A stretch of 64,000 nucleotides of DNA from Planctomycetota bacterium (GCA_965228735.1 OZ245838.1:6656001-6720000), one strand, 5' to 3'. Counted from the first letter of the stretch, positions 20,817 through 31,560 are shown. Notes: generated by a model not told the origin, from the letters alone. Numbers and translations: made by a program.

Positions 20817-23573
20817 ATGGCTGCCCACGACGACGAGTCGCGTGATCCGAAGACGGTGGATCCCGACGCGATGGATCCGGCACGTGATCCGGCTGAAGAC
20901 CCGCTGACGGCCGACGATTCCGACGAGCTGCCCGAATTCGGCGCGGGGACCGACGCGGATGAGGTCGAGTCGGACGACTCGCAATCCAACGAGTCGATGT
21001 CGGACGGCCCGCGCGTGGAGTTGAACGAGGCGGACAACCCGCTCAAGGGCGCCGTCGTCCTGCAGGACCAGGTGCCGGACACGATGTTCGTGTTCCCGCT
21101 CCGGACGGCCGTGCCGTTCCCCAACCTGACGATGCCGCTGCTGCTCGACACCGAGGATGCGCGCGACATCATCGCCAAGGCCGAAGCGCACAACGGGCAC
21201 GTCTTCCTCGTGCTGCAGAAGGACCCGGAGGCCGACGCGGAATCGGCGGACGACGTGCACGAGGTCGGCGTCGTCGCCAAGATCCTCAAGACGCTCAGGC
21301 TGCCGGACGGCGGGTTGTCCGCGATGACGCAGGGGCTCTTGCGGTCACGGCTCGTTCGCGTCGTTCGCAAGAAGCCGCGCCTCGTCGGCCGGGTGCGCGA
21401 GGTCGTCGAGGTGCCGGCCAGCGGCGCGCGGTCGGAGTCGCTCATGCGGCTGCTGCGGCAGCAGATGCAGCGGCTCGCCGAGATGCAGGACACCGCGGAC
21501 CCCGGGTTCACGATGGCGGTGCTCAATGTCGAGAGCCCGTCGCAGCTCGCGGACTTCACGGGCAGCATCGTGCGCAAGGTCGAGGACCGGCAGCGGCTGC
21601 TCGCCGAGGCGGACGTCGAGAAGCGGCTCGAGCTCGCGCTGCAGTTCGCGACCGCCGAGACGGAACTCGTCGAGCTCGACAAGAAGATCCACGGCGAGAT
21701 CCAGAAGAAGACCGAGAAGGCCCAGAAGGACTACTTCCTGCGCGAGCAGATGAAGCTGATCCGGCGCGAGCTCGGGGAGGAACAGGATCCGCGGCTCGCC
21801 GAGCTGCACCGGCTCGAGGAGGCGATCGCGAAGGCCGACATGCCGGAGGCGGCGCTCGCGCGCGCGCAGGAAGAACTGACGCGGCTGCAGACGACGCCCG
21901 TCGAGTCGGCCGAGTACGGGGTGATCCGCAACTACCTCGACTGGCTCACGACGTTGCCATGGTCGCACTCGACGGCGGATCAGCACGACCTCGCGCACGC
22001 CGAACGCGTGCTGCACGACGACCACTACGGCCTCGAGGAGGTCAAGCAGCGCATTCTCGAGTTCCTCGCGGTGCGCAAGCTGCGGCCCGGGCATCAGGGT
22101 TCGATCCTGTGCTTCGCCGGCCCTCCCGGCGTCGGCAAGACGAGCCTCGGTCGCAGCATCGCGCGCGCGATGGGGCGCGAGTTCTGGCGCTTCTCGCTCG
22201 GCGGACTGCGCGACGAGAGCGAGATCAAGGGGCATCGCCGCACCTACATCGGCGCGATGCCGGGTCGCATCCTGCAGGGCCTCAAGACGACGGGCAGCAA
22301 CAACCCGGTCATCCTGCTCGACGAGATCGACAAGCTCGGCAGTGACTTCCGCGGCGATCCGAGCTCGGCGCTGCTCGAGGTGCTCGATCCGGAGCAGAAC
22401 CACGCGTTCCTCGATCACTACCTCGACGTGCCGTTCGACCTGTCCAAGGTCATGTTCCTCGCGACGGCGAACGTGCTGTCGCAGATCCCGGAGCCGCTGC
22501 GCGATCGCATGGAGATCCTCGAGATCCCGGGCTACCTGCTCGAGGAGAAGGTCGAGATCGCGCGGCGCCATCTGCTGCCGCGGCAGCTCGAACGCCACGG
22601 TCTGCTGGGCAGGCACCTGTCGATCACGCAGCCGGTCTGGCGGCGCGTCGTGGCCGAGCACACGCGTGAGGCCGGCGTGCGCGGACTCGACAAGGTCGTG
22701 CAGCGGCTGTGCCGCAGGACGGCGCTCGCGGTTGCGAAGAAGAGCAAGGCGCCGGGGCGGCTGAGCTTCGCGGAGATGGAGGAGCTGCTCGGGCAGCCGA
22801 AGTTCAAGGCGGACGAACGGCGCAAACACCACTTCGCGGGTGTCGTGCAGGGGCTCGCGTGGACGCCGTTCGGCGGCGACGTGCTCTACATCGAGGCGGT
22901 CGGGAGTCCGGGGTCCGGGCGGCTGCAGCTCACGGGCAGTCTCGGGGACGTCATGAGCGAGTCGGCGCGGCTCGCGATGAGCTACCTCAAGAGCCGGGCC
23001 GAGCGCTTCGAGCTCGATCTCGAGGCGGTCGCCAAGACCGATCTGCATCTGCACTTCCCCGCGGGCGCGATCAAGAAAGACGGGCCGTCGGCGGGGATCG
23101 CGATCGCGAGCGCGTTCTACTCGTGTCTCACCGGCCGCACGGCACCTGGCGACATTGCGATGACGGGCGAGCTGACCGTGGTCGGTGAAGTGCTGCCGAT
23201 CGGCGGCGTGCGCGAGAAGCTGCTCGCCGCGAAGAACTTCGGCCTGCGTCGCGTGCTGCTGCCGAAGGGCAACGAGCCCGACATCGTGGAGTTGCGGCCG
23301 GACCTCCGAGAAGGCATCGAGATCACGTTCGTCGCGACGTTCGACGAAGTGTTCGAGATCTTGTTCGAGCCGGGCGGGCGCGCGCGCGCGAAAACCGCGA
23401 CGAAGCGACCCGCGAAGAAGAGGCCCGCGAAGAAGAAGCCGGCAAAGAAGAAGCCAGTGAAGAAAGGGCCAGCGAAGAAAAAGCCGACGAAGGTCGCCAA
23501 GAAGGCCAAGAAGAAGTCGGCGAAGAAGAAGCCGGCCAGGAAGAAGGCGCCAGCGCGCCGCCGCGCGCGCTAG
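20817..23573 (+). CDS. lon: ATP-dependent Lon protease with acidic N-terminal extension and Lys-rich tail
   Basis: GPPGVGKTS, GHRRTYIGAMPG, LLDEIDK, KDGPSAG (catalytic Ser), IGGVREK. Confidence 0.98.
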   Translation: MAAHDDESRDPKTVDPDAMDPARDPAEDPLTADDSDELPEFGAGTDADEVESDDSQSNESMSDGPRVELNEADNPLKGAVVLQDQVPDTMFVFPLRTAVPFPNLTMPLLLDTEDARDIIAKAEAHNGHVFLVLQKDPEADAESADDVHEVGVVAKILKTLRLPDGGLSAMTQGLLRSRLVRVVRKKPRLVGRVREVVEVPASGARSESLMRLLRQQMQRLAEMQDTADPGFTMAVLNVESPSQLADFTGSIVRKVEDRQRLLAEADVEKRLELALQFATAETELVELDKKIHGEIQKKTEKAQKDYFLREQMKLIRRELGEEQDPRLAELHRLEEAIAKADMPEAALARAQEELTRLQTTPVESAEYGVIRNYLDWLTTLPWSHSTADQHDLAHAERVLHDDHYGLEEVKQRILEFLAVRKLRPGHQGSILCFAGPPGVGKTSLGRSIARAMGREFWRFSLGGLRDESEIKGHRRTYIGAMPGRILQGLKTTGSNNPVILLDEIDKLGSDFRGDPSSALLEVLDPEQNHAFLDHYLDVPFDLSKVMFLATANVLSQIPEPLRDRMEILEIPGYLLEEKVEIARRHLLPRQLERHGLLGRHLSITQPVWRRVVAEHTREAGVRGLDKVVQRLCRRTALAVAKKSKAPGRLSFAEMEELLGQPKFKADERRKHHFAGVVQGLAWTPFGGDVLYIEAVGSPGSGRLQLTGSLGDVMSESARLAMSYLKSRAERFELDLEAVAKTDLHLHFPAGAIKKDGPSAGIAIASAFYSCLTGRTAPGDIAMTGELTVVGEVLPIGGVREKLLAAKNFGLRRVLLPKGNEPDIVELRPDLREGIEITFVATFDEVFEILFEPGGRARAKTATKRPAKKRPAKKKPAKKKPVKKGPAKKKPTKVAKKAKKKSAKKKPARKKAPARRRAR

Positions 23574-24232
23574 GCCGATTTGCCCGCGCGGCGTTCCTGT
23601 GTTCGTCGCGCCTTGCTCATCCCCCAGCTGCAGATCGGACAGGCGTCCACGTCGTGCCGCATTGCGGGGCAGAACGAGCGGCCGAAGTAGATGATCTGCA
23701 GGTGCAGGTCGTTCCACCGATCTGCGGGGAACGTCCGCTTCAGGTCGCGCTCGGTCTGCGTGACGTTCCTGCCCGAGCTCAGGCCCCAGCGCCACGCGAG
23801 CCGGTGGATGTGCGTGTCGACGGGGAACGCGGGCACGCCGAACGCCTGCGCCATCACGACGCTCGCGGTCTTGTGGCCCACGCCCGGCAGCGATTCGAGC
23901 GCGTCGAGGTCGCGCGGCACTTCGCCGCCGAACTCCGTGACGAGCAGTTGCGACAGGCCGGCGATCGCCTTGGCCTTCTGCGGCGCGAGGCCGCACGTGC
24001 GGATCGCGTGCTGGATCGTGCTCACGGGCAGCCGCGCCATAGACTCGGGGTCGCTGGCCAACTCGAACAGACCAGGCGTGACGAGGTTGACGCGCTCGTC
24101 GGTGCACTGCGCCGACAGCACGACCGCGACGAGCAGCGAGAACGGGTCGTCGTGATCGAGCGGCACCGGCGGATCCGGGAACTCGCGGTCGAGGATCGTC
24201 TGGATCCGTTCGGCCTTCTCGGAGCGCTTCAT
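23570..24232 (-). CDS. nth: Endonuclease III
   Basis: LSAQCTDERVN, HhH LPGVGHKTA, VDTHIHR, C-terminal Cys cluster. Confidence 0.96.
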   Translation of the reverse strand: MKRSEKAERIQTILDREFPDPPVPLDHDDPFSLLVAVVLSAQCTDERVNLVTPGLFELASDPESMARLPVSTIQHAIRTCGLAPQKAKAIAGLSQLLVTEFGGEVPRDLDALESLPGVGHKTASVVMAQAFGVPAFPVDTHIHRLAWRWGLSSGRNVTQTERDLKRTFPADRWNDLHLQIIYFGRSFCPAMRHDVDACPICSWGMSKARRTQERRAGKSA

Positions 24233-24315
24233 CGGAGCCGGAGAATAGGAGGAGTGGATCGGGCCGAAGTACGGAAAGTGCTTGCGGCCACTGCTGGCGG
24301 CGGAACGTTGGGGGC

Positions 24316-25632
24316 GTGAAGCTCGCGCCGACCTCGCGTCTCTCGAACCTCGCCGATCACGTGCGCTCCAGCCTCTGGTTCCTGCCGGCGGTCGCGATGG
24401 TCTGCGCGCTGCTCGTGGCGTGCGGAATGGTCCTCGTCGACACGTGGCTGGAGGACTCCCCGCTGGGGTCCTTGCCGTGGATCGCGAACCTCGGTGCCGG
24501 CACGGCGCAGCTCATCCTGTCGACGCTCGCCGGGTCGATCATGACCGTCAGCGGCGTCGTCTTCTCCATCACGGTCGTGAGTCTGACGCTCGCGTCGTCG
24601 CAGTTCGGGCCGCGGCTCCTGCGCAGCTTCATGCGTGACCGGATGACGCAGGGCTGCTTCGGGATGCTGCTCGGCACGTTCCTGTACTGCCTCGTCGTCC
24701 TCGTCACGATCGGCGACGGCGGGCGGAACGGCGGCCGACCGTTCGTCCCGGAGCTCAGCGTCGTCGTCGCGGTCGGGCTGGCGATCGGCAGTGTCGGCGT
24801 CGTGACCTACTTCGTTCACCGGGTCGCGAGCAGCATTCAGGTGGCCAACATCATCGCGAGCGTCGCCGACGAACTGTGCGACGCGATCGAGGTCATGTTC
24901 CCGGAGCCGATCGGTGACCCCGAACACGGTGGCGACAGCGGCGCTGGCGGCGACGGCGGCGGCGAGAATGGCGATCCGATCTCGGCAGGGCTCGAGCGTG
25001 GTCCCGTCGTCGAGGTTCGGGCGGAGTGCGAGGGCTACGTTCGGGTCGTGCGCTCGGAGCTGTTGCTCGACCTCGCCCGTGAGCACGACCTCGTGATCGA
25101 TCTGCTCGAGCGGCCCGGCAGCTTCGTGGTGCGAGGCATGCCGATCATGCGGGTTGCGACGGCCCGGGCGGGGACCGTTCCCGACGAGGTCGCGCCGCGG
25201 TTGGCCGAAGCACTGATCACCGGCCCGGAGCGGACGGCGGTGCAGGATCTGGCGTTCCCGATCGACCAGATCGTCGAGGTCGCCCTGCGGGCGCTGTCGC
25301 CCGGCATCAACGATCCGGAGACCGCCGTTCGATGCGCGGACCGACTGTCGCAAGCGATGGCGCGGCTCGCGAACCGCCGCTGGCCGACGCCGGTGCGCGT
25401 CGATTCCGACGGCAACCCGCGAGTGCTGGCGCCCGTCGCCGAGTTCGGGGCGCTCCTGCGCAGCGGCTTCGAGCGGATCGCGCGCGCCGCGACCCGCGCC
25501 GATGCGCGCGAGGTCAGAGCTGCGATCGCGCGGGCGTTGCGGCGGGTCGCGGCGGTCGCGAAGAACGGCGAACGGCGAGAACAGGCCGAGGAACTCGCGC
25601 GCGAGCTGACGGCCCGCGCGGATCCGGAGTAG
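24316..25632 (+). CDS. DUF2254 family membrane protein
   Basis: SLWFLP, TLASSQFGPRLLRSF, RALSPGINDPETA. Confidence 0.9.
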   Translation: MKLAPTSRLSNLADHVRSSLWFLPAVAMVCALLVACGMVLVDTWLEDSPLGSLPWIANLGAGTAQLILSTLAGSIMTVSGVVFSITVVSLTLASSQFGPRLLRSFMRDRMTQGCFGMLLGTFLYCLVVLVTIGDGGRNGGRPFVPELSVVVAVGLAIGSVGVVTYFVHRVASSIQVANIIASVADELCDAIEVMFPEPIGDPEHGGDSGAGGDGGGENGDPISAGLERGPVVEVRAECEGYVRVVRSELLLDLAREHDLVIDLLERPGSFVVRGMPIMRVATARAGTVPDEVAPRLAEALITGPERTAVQDLAFPIDQIVEVALRALSPGINDPETAVRCADRLSQAMARLANRRWPTPVRVDSDGNPRVLAPVAEFGALLRSGFERIARAATRADAREVRAAIARALRRVAAVAKNGERREQAEELARELTARADPE

Positions 25633-25675
25633 CGGCACCCTTGCAAACGTCGGCGGGGCCGGCGATGACGAGGGC

Positions 25676-26281
25676 GTGCTTCAGGCCCTCGAGTTCGTGG
25701 CGGTGATCTCCGGCGCGCTGTTCGGTGTGCTCCTCGCGCGCAGCAAGGGGATGGACGTGATCGGTGTCTTCGCGGTCGCGTTCGTCGTGGCGTTCGGTGG
25801 CGGCACGCTGCGCGACGTGCTGCTCGATCGTGCGCCGTTGTTCTGGATCCAGAACGAGCACTACGTGTGGACGGTGTTCGGGATCGCGTTCGTCGGCGCT
25901 TTCGTGCCGCGCTTCCCGCGGCGTTTCGAGCGCTGGCTCGAGGTGCCGGACGCCATCGGGCTCGCGCTGTTCGGCATCGTCGGGGCCGGGGTCGCGAGCA
26001 GATACGAGATGACGTGGTTCCTCGCGGTCCTGTTCGGCGTCGTCACCGCGACGTTCGGTGGCGTGATCGCGGACATCATCTGCAACGATCTGCCCCGGCT
26101 CTTTCGTCCGACGACCCAACTCTATGCGAGCTGCGCGTTCGTCGGCGCCGCGCTCTACCTGCTGCTGCGCGGCACCGTCCTCGGGGAGGCGTGGGCGCAG
26201 GGGCTCGGTGTCATCGCCGTCCTCACGCTCCGTTTCGTCGCGCTCCGCTTCGACCTGCGGCTGCCCGCGTCACCGGCGTGA
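25676..26281 (+). CDS. TRIC channel / UPF0126 membrane protein
   Basis: MDVIG...FGGGTLRDVLL, DAIGL, FGGVIADI internal duplication. Confidence 0.92.
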   Translation: MLQALEFVAVISGALFGVLLARSKGMDVIGVFAVAFVVAFGGGTLRDVLLDRAPLFWIQNEHYVWTVFGIAFVGAFVPRFPRRFERWLEVPDAIGLALFGIVGAGVASRYEMTWFLAVLFGVVTATFGGVIADIICNDLPRLFRPTTQLYASCAFVGAALYLLLRGTVLGEAWAQGLGVIAVLTLRFVALRFDLRLPASPA

Positions 26282-26316
26282 CCAGCCAATCGGTGAACGG
26301 GCGAAACCCGGTATCT

Positions 26317-26345
26317 TTGTCTCGCCAGCGCAGAGCCACTACAGT
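26317..26345 (+). promoter_or_regulatory. Putative sigma70 promoter, short leader
   Basis: TTGTCT, 17 nt, TACAGT; 10 nt before ATG 26356. Confidence 0.55.
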
Positions 26346-26355
26346 CCGCGCACGC

Positions 26356-27045
26356 ATGGCCGACACTCCGCCCGCATCCTCCAACGGACCGTTCTCCGAC
26401 TGGTTCGAGCAGCTCTGGACCCATCGTGAGGAGAAGGTCTACACCGCGCTGTTCGGTGACCTCGGTGAGGGCATCTACACCGCGCAGGCGTCGACGTACG
26501 AGCGCTTCGGCAAGCAGCCGCATCCGGGCTGGCTCAACCACGGCGTGTTCGCGAGTCCGCCCAACGACGACCGCCAGAGCTGGCTCTACGTGACTTCGGG
26601 GCTCAGTAACCCGTGGAATCTCGATGCGCCGGGCAAGGATCCCACGGGGTTCTCGGGGGTCGGGTTCGAGCTGGCCATCGAGACGCCGGATCCCGCGAGC
26701 TGGGCGGTCGCTCTGCTGCACAACCTCATGGCGTACGAACTGCTCGTCGCCGTCGGCAGCTACGAGAACGCGGAGCTGCTCGAATACGGCAACCGCGTGC
26801 CGCTCGAGAACTCCGTGACACCCGACTTCGAGTCCGCGATCCGCTGGCTGCTCGTCACGCAGCCGCAGCACTACGAGTCGGCGTTCTCGCTGGCCTCGGG
26901 CCGGGTCGACATCTACCACCTCGTCGGCGCGACGGATGCGGAGGTGCAGTTCGCGCGCGAGAAGGACCAGGACCAGCTGCTCGCGCTGCTGCAGCAGCGC
27001 GGTGCCGCGCCCGTGACGAACGTGGCCCGGGAGAGCGTGCGGTGA
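26356..27045 (+). CDS. Suppressor-of-fused (SUFU) domain protein
   Basis: WLYVTSGLSNP, SGVGFEL, GRVDIYHLVGATDAE. Confidence 0.85.
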   Translation: MADTPPASSNGPFSDWFEQLWTHREEKVYTALFGDLGEGIYTAQASTYERFGKQPHPGWLNHGVFASPPNDDRQSWLYVTSGLSNPWNLDAPGKDPTGFSGVGFELAIETPDPASWAVALLHNLMAYELLVAVGSYENAELLEYGNRVPLENSVTPDFESAIRWLLVTQPQHYESAFSLASGRVDIYHLVGATDAEVQFAREKDQDQLLALLQQRGAAPVTNVARESVR

Positions 27046-27050
27046 CGGCG

Positions 27051-27284
27051 ATGCGCGGGCCGAACGAGCAGCGGCCGCGCGCCGGCCAGGTCGCGACGCC
27101 GTGCATCAACGTCTGCGTCGTCGATCGCCATGGCTACTGCTCGGGTTGTCGCCGCAGTCTCGACGAGATCGCGCGGTGGGGCAGCATGACGGACGCGGAA
27201 CGGCAGGCCGTGATGGCGTTTCTGCCGGGGCGAGTCGCCGGCGGGGCGGCTGGCCCGAACGGCGGCGAGAAGCGGCGCGGCTGA
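27051..27284 (+). CDS. DUF1289 family Cys-rich small protein
   Basis: TPCINVC...YCSGCRRSLDEIARW. Confidence 0.9.
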   Translation: MRGPNEQRPRAGQVATPCINVCVVDRHGYCSGCRRSLDEIARWGSMTDAERQAVMAFLPGRVAGGAAGPNGGEKRRG

Positions 27285-27318
27285 CCCGCTGCGGCCGGAT
27301 CTCGGCTACGATCGTGCA

Positions 27319-29802
27319 ATGCTCGCTCGTTCGCTCTCGTGGTCCGCGACCGTTCTGCTCGTCGCCGTTGCCAATGTGCCGGTCGCTGCCCAGGACTTCG
27401 TTCAGGATGGGCCGCCCAGGCGCCACCTCGTTGCCGTTCGGACCACGGGGCCGGCGCAGATGCAGGCGCTGCTCGCGCTCGAGCTCGACCTCGCCGCGTG
27501 CCGCACGCCGCTGCCGGCGCAGCGCCGCATCGAGGTGATCGTCGACGATGCCGAGCTCGCCACGCTGCAGGCGAACGGCTTCGCGACCCGCGTGCTGCAG
27601 CGCGACCTGGCGGGTTGGTACGAGGCTCGGGCGCGGGCGGCGATGCCGGTCGGCGGCTACCCGGACCAACCCAACCCGCCGCTCGGTCAGGGCGCGATGG
27701 GGGGGCACTGGACGTTCGCCCAGATGGAATCGATCCTCGACGAGCTGCACAACGACAACCCGGCGATCTGCGCGGCCAAGGTCTCGATCGGCACCTCGAT
27801 CGAGAACCGTCCGCTGTGGATGGTCAAGATCAGCGACAACGTCAACGTCGACGAGAACGAGCCCGAGGTCCTGTTCGATGCGCTGCACCACGCGCGCGAG
27901 CCGCTGTCGATGGAGACGACGATCGTCTTCATGGAGTGGCTGATCGACAACTACGGCATCGATCCCGACGCGACGCTGATCGTGGACGAGCGTGAGCTGT
28001 TCTTCGTGCCGTGCGTCAATCCCGACGGCTACGTCTACAACGAGACGACCAACCCGAACGGCGGCGGGCTGTGGCGCAAGAACCGGCGGCTCAACGCCGA
28101 CAACACCTACGGCGTCGATCTCAATCGCAACTACGCGACGCAGTGGATCGCACCGAACGGCGGCAGCTCCACGACGCCGAACAACCAGACCTACCGCGGG
28201 ACCGCCCCGTTCAGCGAGCCGGAGACGACCGCGATGGAGGCGTTCTCCGCGGCGCGCAATTTCGTGAGCGTGTTCTCGACGCACACCTATGCCGACATCC
28301 TGCTGCGGCCGTGGTGCTGGGAGGTCAACGACCCGGCCAACGTCGCCGACTATCAGGCGCTCGGAGACTATCTCACGATCGAGAACGGCATGCCGCACGG
28401 CCGCTGGTCGACGCTGCTCTACATCTCCGGCGGCACGTCGGTCGACCATCATCACACCGCGCGCGGGTCCTACAGCTGGACGGCCGAGCTCGGCCGCAGC
28501 AGCGAGGGCGGGTTCTGGCCGTTCGGTCAGGCGATCCTCGACGTCGCCGAGCGCTACCAGCCGATGTTCCGCAAGGTCGCGCTGACCGCGGGCGCGACGC
28601 TGACGATCGCCGACGTCGCGGTCACGGAGGGGCCGGGCGGCAACGGCAACCAGACGGTCGAAGCGGGCGAGACCGGTCACGTCGTCGTGAACGTCGACAA
28701 CGCCGGACTGCTCGCAGCGACCGGCGTCGCCACGTTGCAGGCCGTCACCCCGGGAGTGGCCATCGGCGTCGGCAGCGCGCCGCTCGGCAGCGTGGCGTCG
28801 TTCGGTTCGGCGTCCAACGCGAGTGTGCCGCTCACGTTCTCGACCGCGGTGAGCATCGGCGTTCCGGTCGTGCAGCTGCGCGTCGCGGTGACGGGCGGCG
28901 GTCGCACGATCGAGCAGACCGTCGCGATCGAGCTCGAGCCCAGGCGTCCGGTGCTCGTCGACGACTTCGAGGCGGACCATGGTTTCGCGCGCGCGGCGGT
29001 CGGCACGGCGACGACAGGGCTCTGGGAACGCGCCGCGCCGCAGCAGACGACCAACGGCGGCACGACCTATCAGCCGGGGTTCCAGACGACGCCCGGCGGC
29101 TCGCTGTGCTGGGTCACGGACGGTCGCGCGGGCACGAGCGTCGGCAGCTGGGACGTGGACTCGGGCTACACCGATCTGCTGTCGCCGATCATGGACCTGT
29201 CGCATCTGACCGCGGCCCGCGCGGAGTTCGCGTTGTGGTACGCGGAGAGCGCGAGCAACGACGCGCTCGCGATCGACGTGAGCCGCGACGGCGGCGCCAA
29301 CTTCACGCCGCTGCTCTCACGCAACACGTCGACGAACGGTTGGGTCACGGTCGACCTCGATCTCGGCGCGCCGCTCACGGCGACGATGCAGCTGCGCGTG
29401 CGCGCTCAGGACCTGTCGCCGTCGCTCGTCGAGTGCCTCGTCGACGACCTCGTGATCAGCGGCTTCCCGCGGAACGGCGCGATGACGCTGCTCGGATCGG
29501 GCGCGCCGAGCACGACGATCCAGGCCGCGATGCACGGCCCGGTCGGTGCGCTGCTCGCGCCGATCGTCGCATTCGGATCGGGGCCCGGCACCACGTTCCC
29601 GGGCGTCGCCGGCACGCTGCTCCTCGATCCGGGCAGCGCGTTCCTGCTGCCGTTCGTCGTGGCGGATGGCGACGGCCGTGGCGTCACGACGGTGGCGCTG
29701 CCGCCGGCGGGCTTCGCCGGCGTGGTGTTGCACTTCCAGGCCGGAGTGCTCGGCACGAATGCGATGTTCGGCGGCAACGCGCAGGCCCTCGTGCTGCAGT
29801 AG
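27319..29802 (+). CDS. Secreted M14 zinc carboxypeptidase (carboxypeptidase T-like) with C-terminal beta domains
   Basis: Signal peptide; HHARE, NPDGY, WRKNRR, GVDLNRNY, PFSEPET, STHTY. Confidence 0.93.
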   Translation: MLARSLSWSATVLLVAVANVPVAAQDFVQDGPPRRHLVAVRTTGPAQMQALLALELDLAACRTPLPAQRRIEVIVDDAELATLQANGFATRVLQRDLAGWYEARARAAMPVGGYPDQPNPPLGQGAMGGHWTFAQMESILDELHNDNPAICAAKVSIGTSIENRPLWMVKISDNVNVDENEPEVLFDALHHAREPLSMETTIVFMEWLIDNYGIDPDATLIVDERELFFVPCVNPDGYVYNETTNPNGGGLWRKNRRLNADNTYGVDLNRNYATQWIAPNGGSSTTPNNQTYRGTAPFSEPETTAMEAFSAARNFVSVFSTHTYADILLRPWCWEVNDPANVADYQALGDYLTIENGMPHGRWSTLLYISGGTSVDHHHTARGSYSWTAELGRSSEGGFWPFGQAILDVAERYQPMFRKVALTAGATLTIADVAVTEGPGGNGNQTVEAGETGHVVVNVDNAGLLAATGVATLQAVTPGVAIGVGSAPLGSVASFGSASNASVPLTFSTAVSIGVPVVQLRVAVTGGGRTIEQTVAIELEPRRPVLVDDFEADHGFARAAVGTATTGLWERAAPQQTTNGGTTYQPGFQTTPGGSLCWVTDGRAGTSVGSWDVDSGYTDLLSPIMDLSHLTAARAEFALWYAESASNDALAIDVSRDGGANFTPLLSRNTSTNGWVTVDLDLGAPLTATMQLRVRAQDLSPSLVECLVDDLVISGFPRNGAMTLLGSGAPSTTIQAAMHGPVGALLAPIVAFGSGPGTTFPGVAGTLLLDPGSAFLLPFVVADGDGRGVTTVALPPAGFAGVVLHFQAGVLGTNAMFGGNAQALVLQ

Positions 29803-30000
29803 ACGGCGCTCGTCGACCTCTCGCCCGCCGGTGCGGCCGGAGCGGCTTACGGACCACCGGCAACCGCGCCGGGGTTCGTGTGACCCCGGGGGCTTCGGTG
29901 ACTACGAGAGCACGCTACATTGCCCCACGCCCCCAACGCGGTCGGGGTCTTCTGCGTCGGCCGCACCACCACTCGCCTCCGCCACACCCTCAGGGAATCC

Positions 30001-31524
30001 ATGTTCCGACTTCTGCTCCCGCTCGTTCTCGCGGGCTCGCTCTCCGCGCAGGTCTCGTACTACGTCGCCACGCTCGACGGTGCCCAGGAAGTGCCGCCCG
30101 TCGCGACCAACGGTGGCGGCTACGCGGTCGTTCGCCTGCAAGAACCGGCGAACACCGTGCGGATCTTCATCCACTACTTCGGTCTCACGACGACGCCGAC
30201 CGCCGGTCACCTCCACGCTGGCACGTTCGGCAACAACGGGCCGATCGTCGTCGGGCTCGGCGGTCCGGCCGGCAACGGCACGTTCGTCGGCACCGGCACG
30301 CTGACGGCGGCCGAGGTCGCCGCGCTCAAGACCGGTGGCCACTACATCAACGTCCACACCCCGGCAGTGCCGAGCGGTGAACTGCGCGGGCAGGTCGTGA
30401 CCGCTGACAGCACGCGCTTCAACTCGATGCTCGACGGTTCGCAGGAGGTTCCGGCGACGACGAGTGCGGCGACGGGCAGCGCGATCGCGTTCCTGCACGA
30501 GCCGGACAACCGCCTCGTGTATTGCCTCGAGACGACCGGGATGGCCACGATCAACGCGGCGCACCTGCACTTCGGCGCGGTCGGCAACAACGGGCCGATC
30601 CTCGCGGGTCTCAACGGCGGGGTCGGCGGCACGTTCTGCGGCGTCACCGATCGCCTGACCGCGGCCGAGATGACGGCGATCACGTCGGGCGCGACCTACT
30701 TCAACGTCCACACGCCGACGTTCCCGGGCGGCGAGATTCGCGGTCAGCTGCTGCGCGATGCGGGTTCGGACTTCGCGGCGCGCTGCAACGGCGCCGAGGA
30801 AGTGCCGCCCGTCGCGACGAGCGGCGTCGCCACGGCATCGGTGCACATCGACAAGGACGGCGTCCTGAGCATCGAGGTGTCGCACACCGGTCTGACCGGC
30901 ACGCTGAACGCGGCGCACATCCACAACGCGCCGTTCGGCTCGAACGGCCCGATCGTGCTCGGGCTGGCCCCGAGCGGGAGCAAGTTCGTCGGCACGATGA
31001 CGCCGACCCCGGCCGAGCTCGCGCAGCTGCGGAACGGCGATTGGTACGTCAACCTGCACACGAGCGGGTTCCCGAGCGGCGAGGTTCGAGGGCAGCTGCG
31101 CGGCGTCAACCTGCCGGCCACGTTCGGGCCGAGCTGCGCGAGCGGGACCGGCACGCGCCTCGAGATCGGCGCGACCGGCTTCGCCGCGGTCGGCGCTTCG
31201 GTCGACATCGACCTCTACGGCGCGACGCCGGGCAGCGTCGGATTCCTCGCGCTCGGCTTCAACCGCGACCTGAGCGGTCTCGGCGCCCTGCCGCTCGCGT
31301 TCCCCGCGATCGGCCTCAACGCGCCGTGCTTCGTGCTCGTCGATCCCGTCAGCTCGCTGCTCAACTTCGCCGATGGCAACGGCTGCGCGACGCAGACGCT
31401 GTCGTTCGGCTACGTGCCGAGCCTGTCGGGCCTGCTGGTCTACGGCCAGTGGTTCGTCGCCGACCCGGGGGCGAACCCGGCCGGGCTCGCGGCGAGCAAC
31501 GGGCTCGAACTCGTGCTCCTGTAG
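30001..31524 (+). CDS. Secreted protein with three CHRD domains and a C-terminal beta domain
   Basis: Three repeats of LxGxxEVP...AHLH...NGPI...YxNxHT...GExRGQ. Confidence 0.92.
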   Translation: MFRLLLPLVLAGSLSAQVSYYVATLDGAQEVPPVATNGGGYAVVRLQEPANTVRIFIHYFGLTTTPTAGHLHAGTFGNNGPIVVGLGGPAGNGTFVGTGTLTAAEVAALKTGGHYINVHTPAVPSGELRGQVVTADSTRFNSMLDGSQEVPATTSAATGSAIAFLHEPDNRLVYCLETTGMATINAAHLHFGAVGNNGPILAGLNGGVGGTFCGVTDRLTAAEMTAITSGATYFNVHTPTFPGGEIRGQLLRDAGSDFAARCNGAEEVPPVATSGVATASVHIDKDGVLSIEVSHTGLTGTLNAAHIHNAPFGSNGPIVLGLAPSGSKFVGTMTPTPAELAQLRNGDWYVNLHTSGFPSGEVRGQLRGVNLPATFGPSCASGTGTRLEIGATGFAAVGASVDIDLYGATPGSVGFLALGFNRDLSGLGALPLAFPAIGLNAPCFVLVDPVSSLLNFADGNGCATQTLSFGYVPSLSGLLVYGQWFVADPGANPAGLAASNGLELVLL

Positions 31525-31560
31525 CGCGACGCCGGGCCGAACCGTTACAACGGCGCGGCC

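Noticed and set aside
23570..23680. Non-canonical Fe-S Cys spacing in Nth
   Set aside because: As I recall, similar variants occur in other bacterial Nth proteins; not distinctive.
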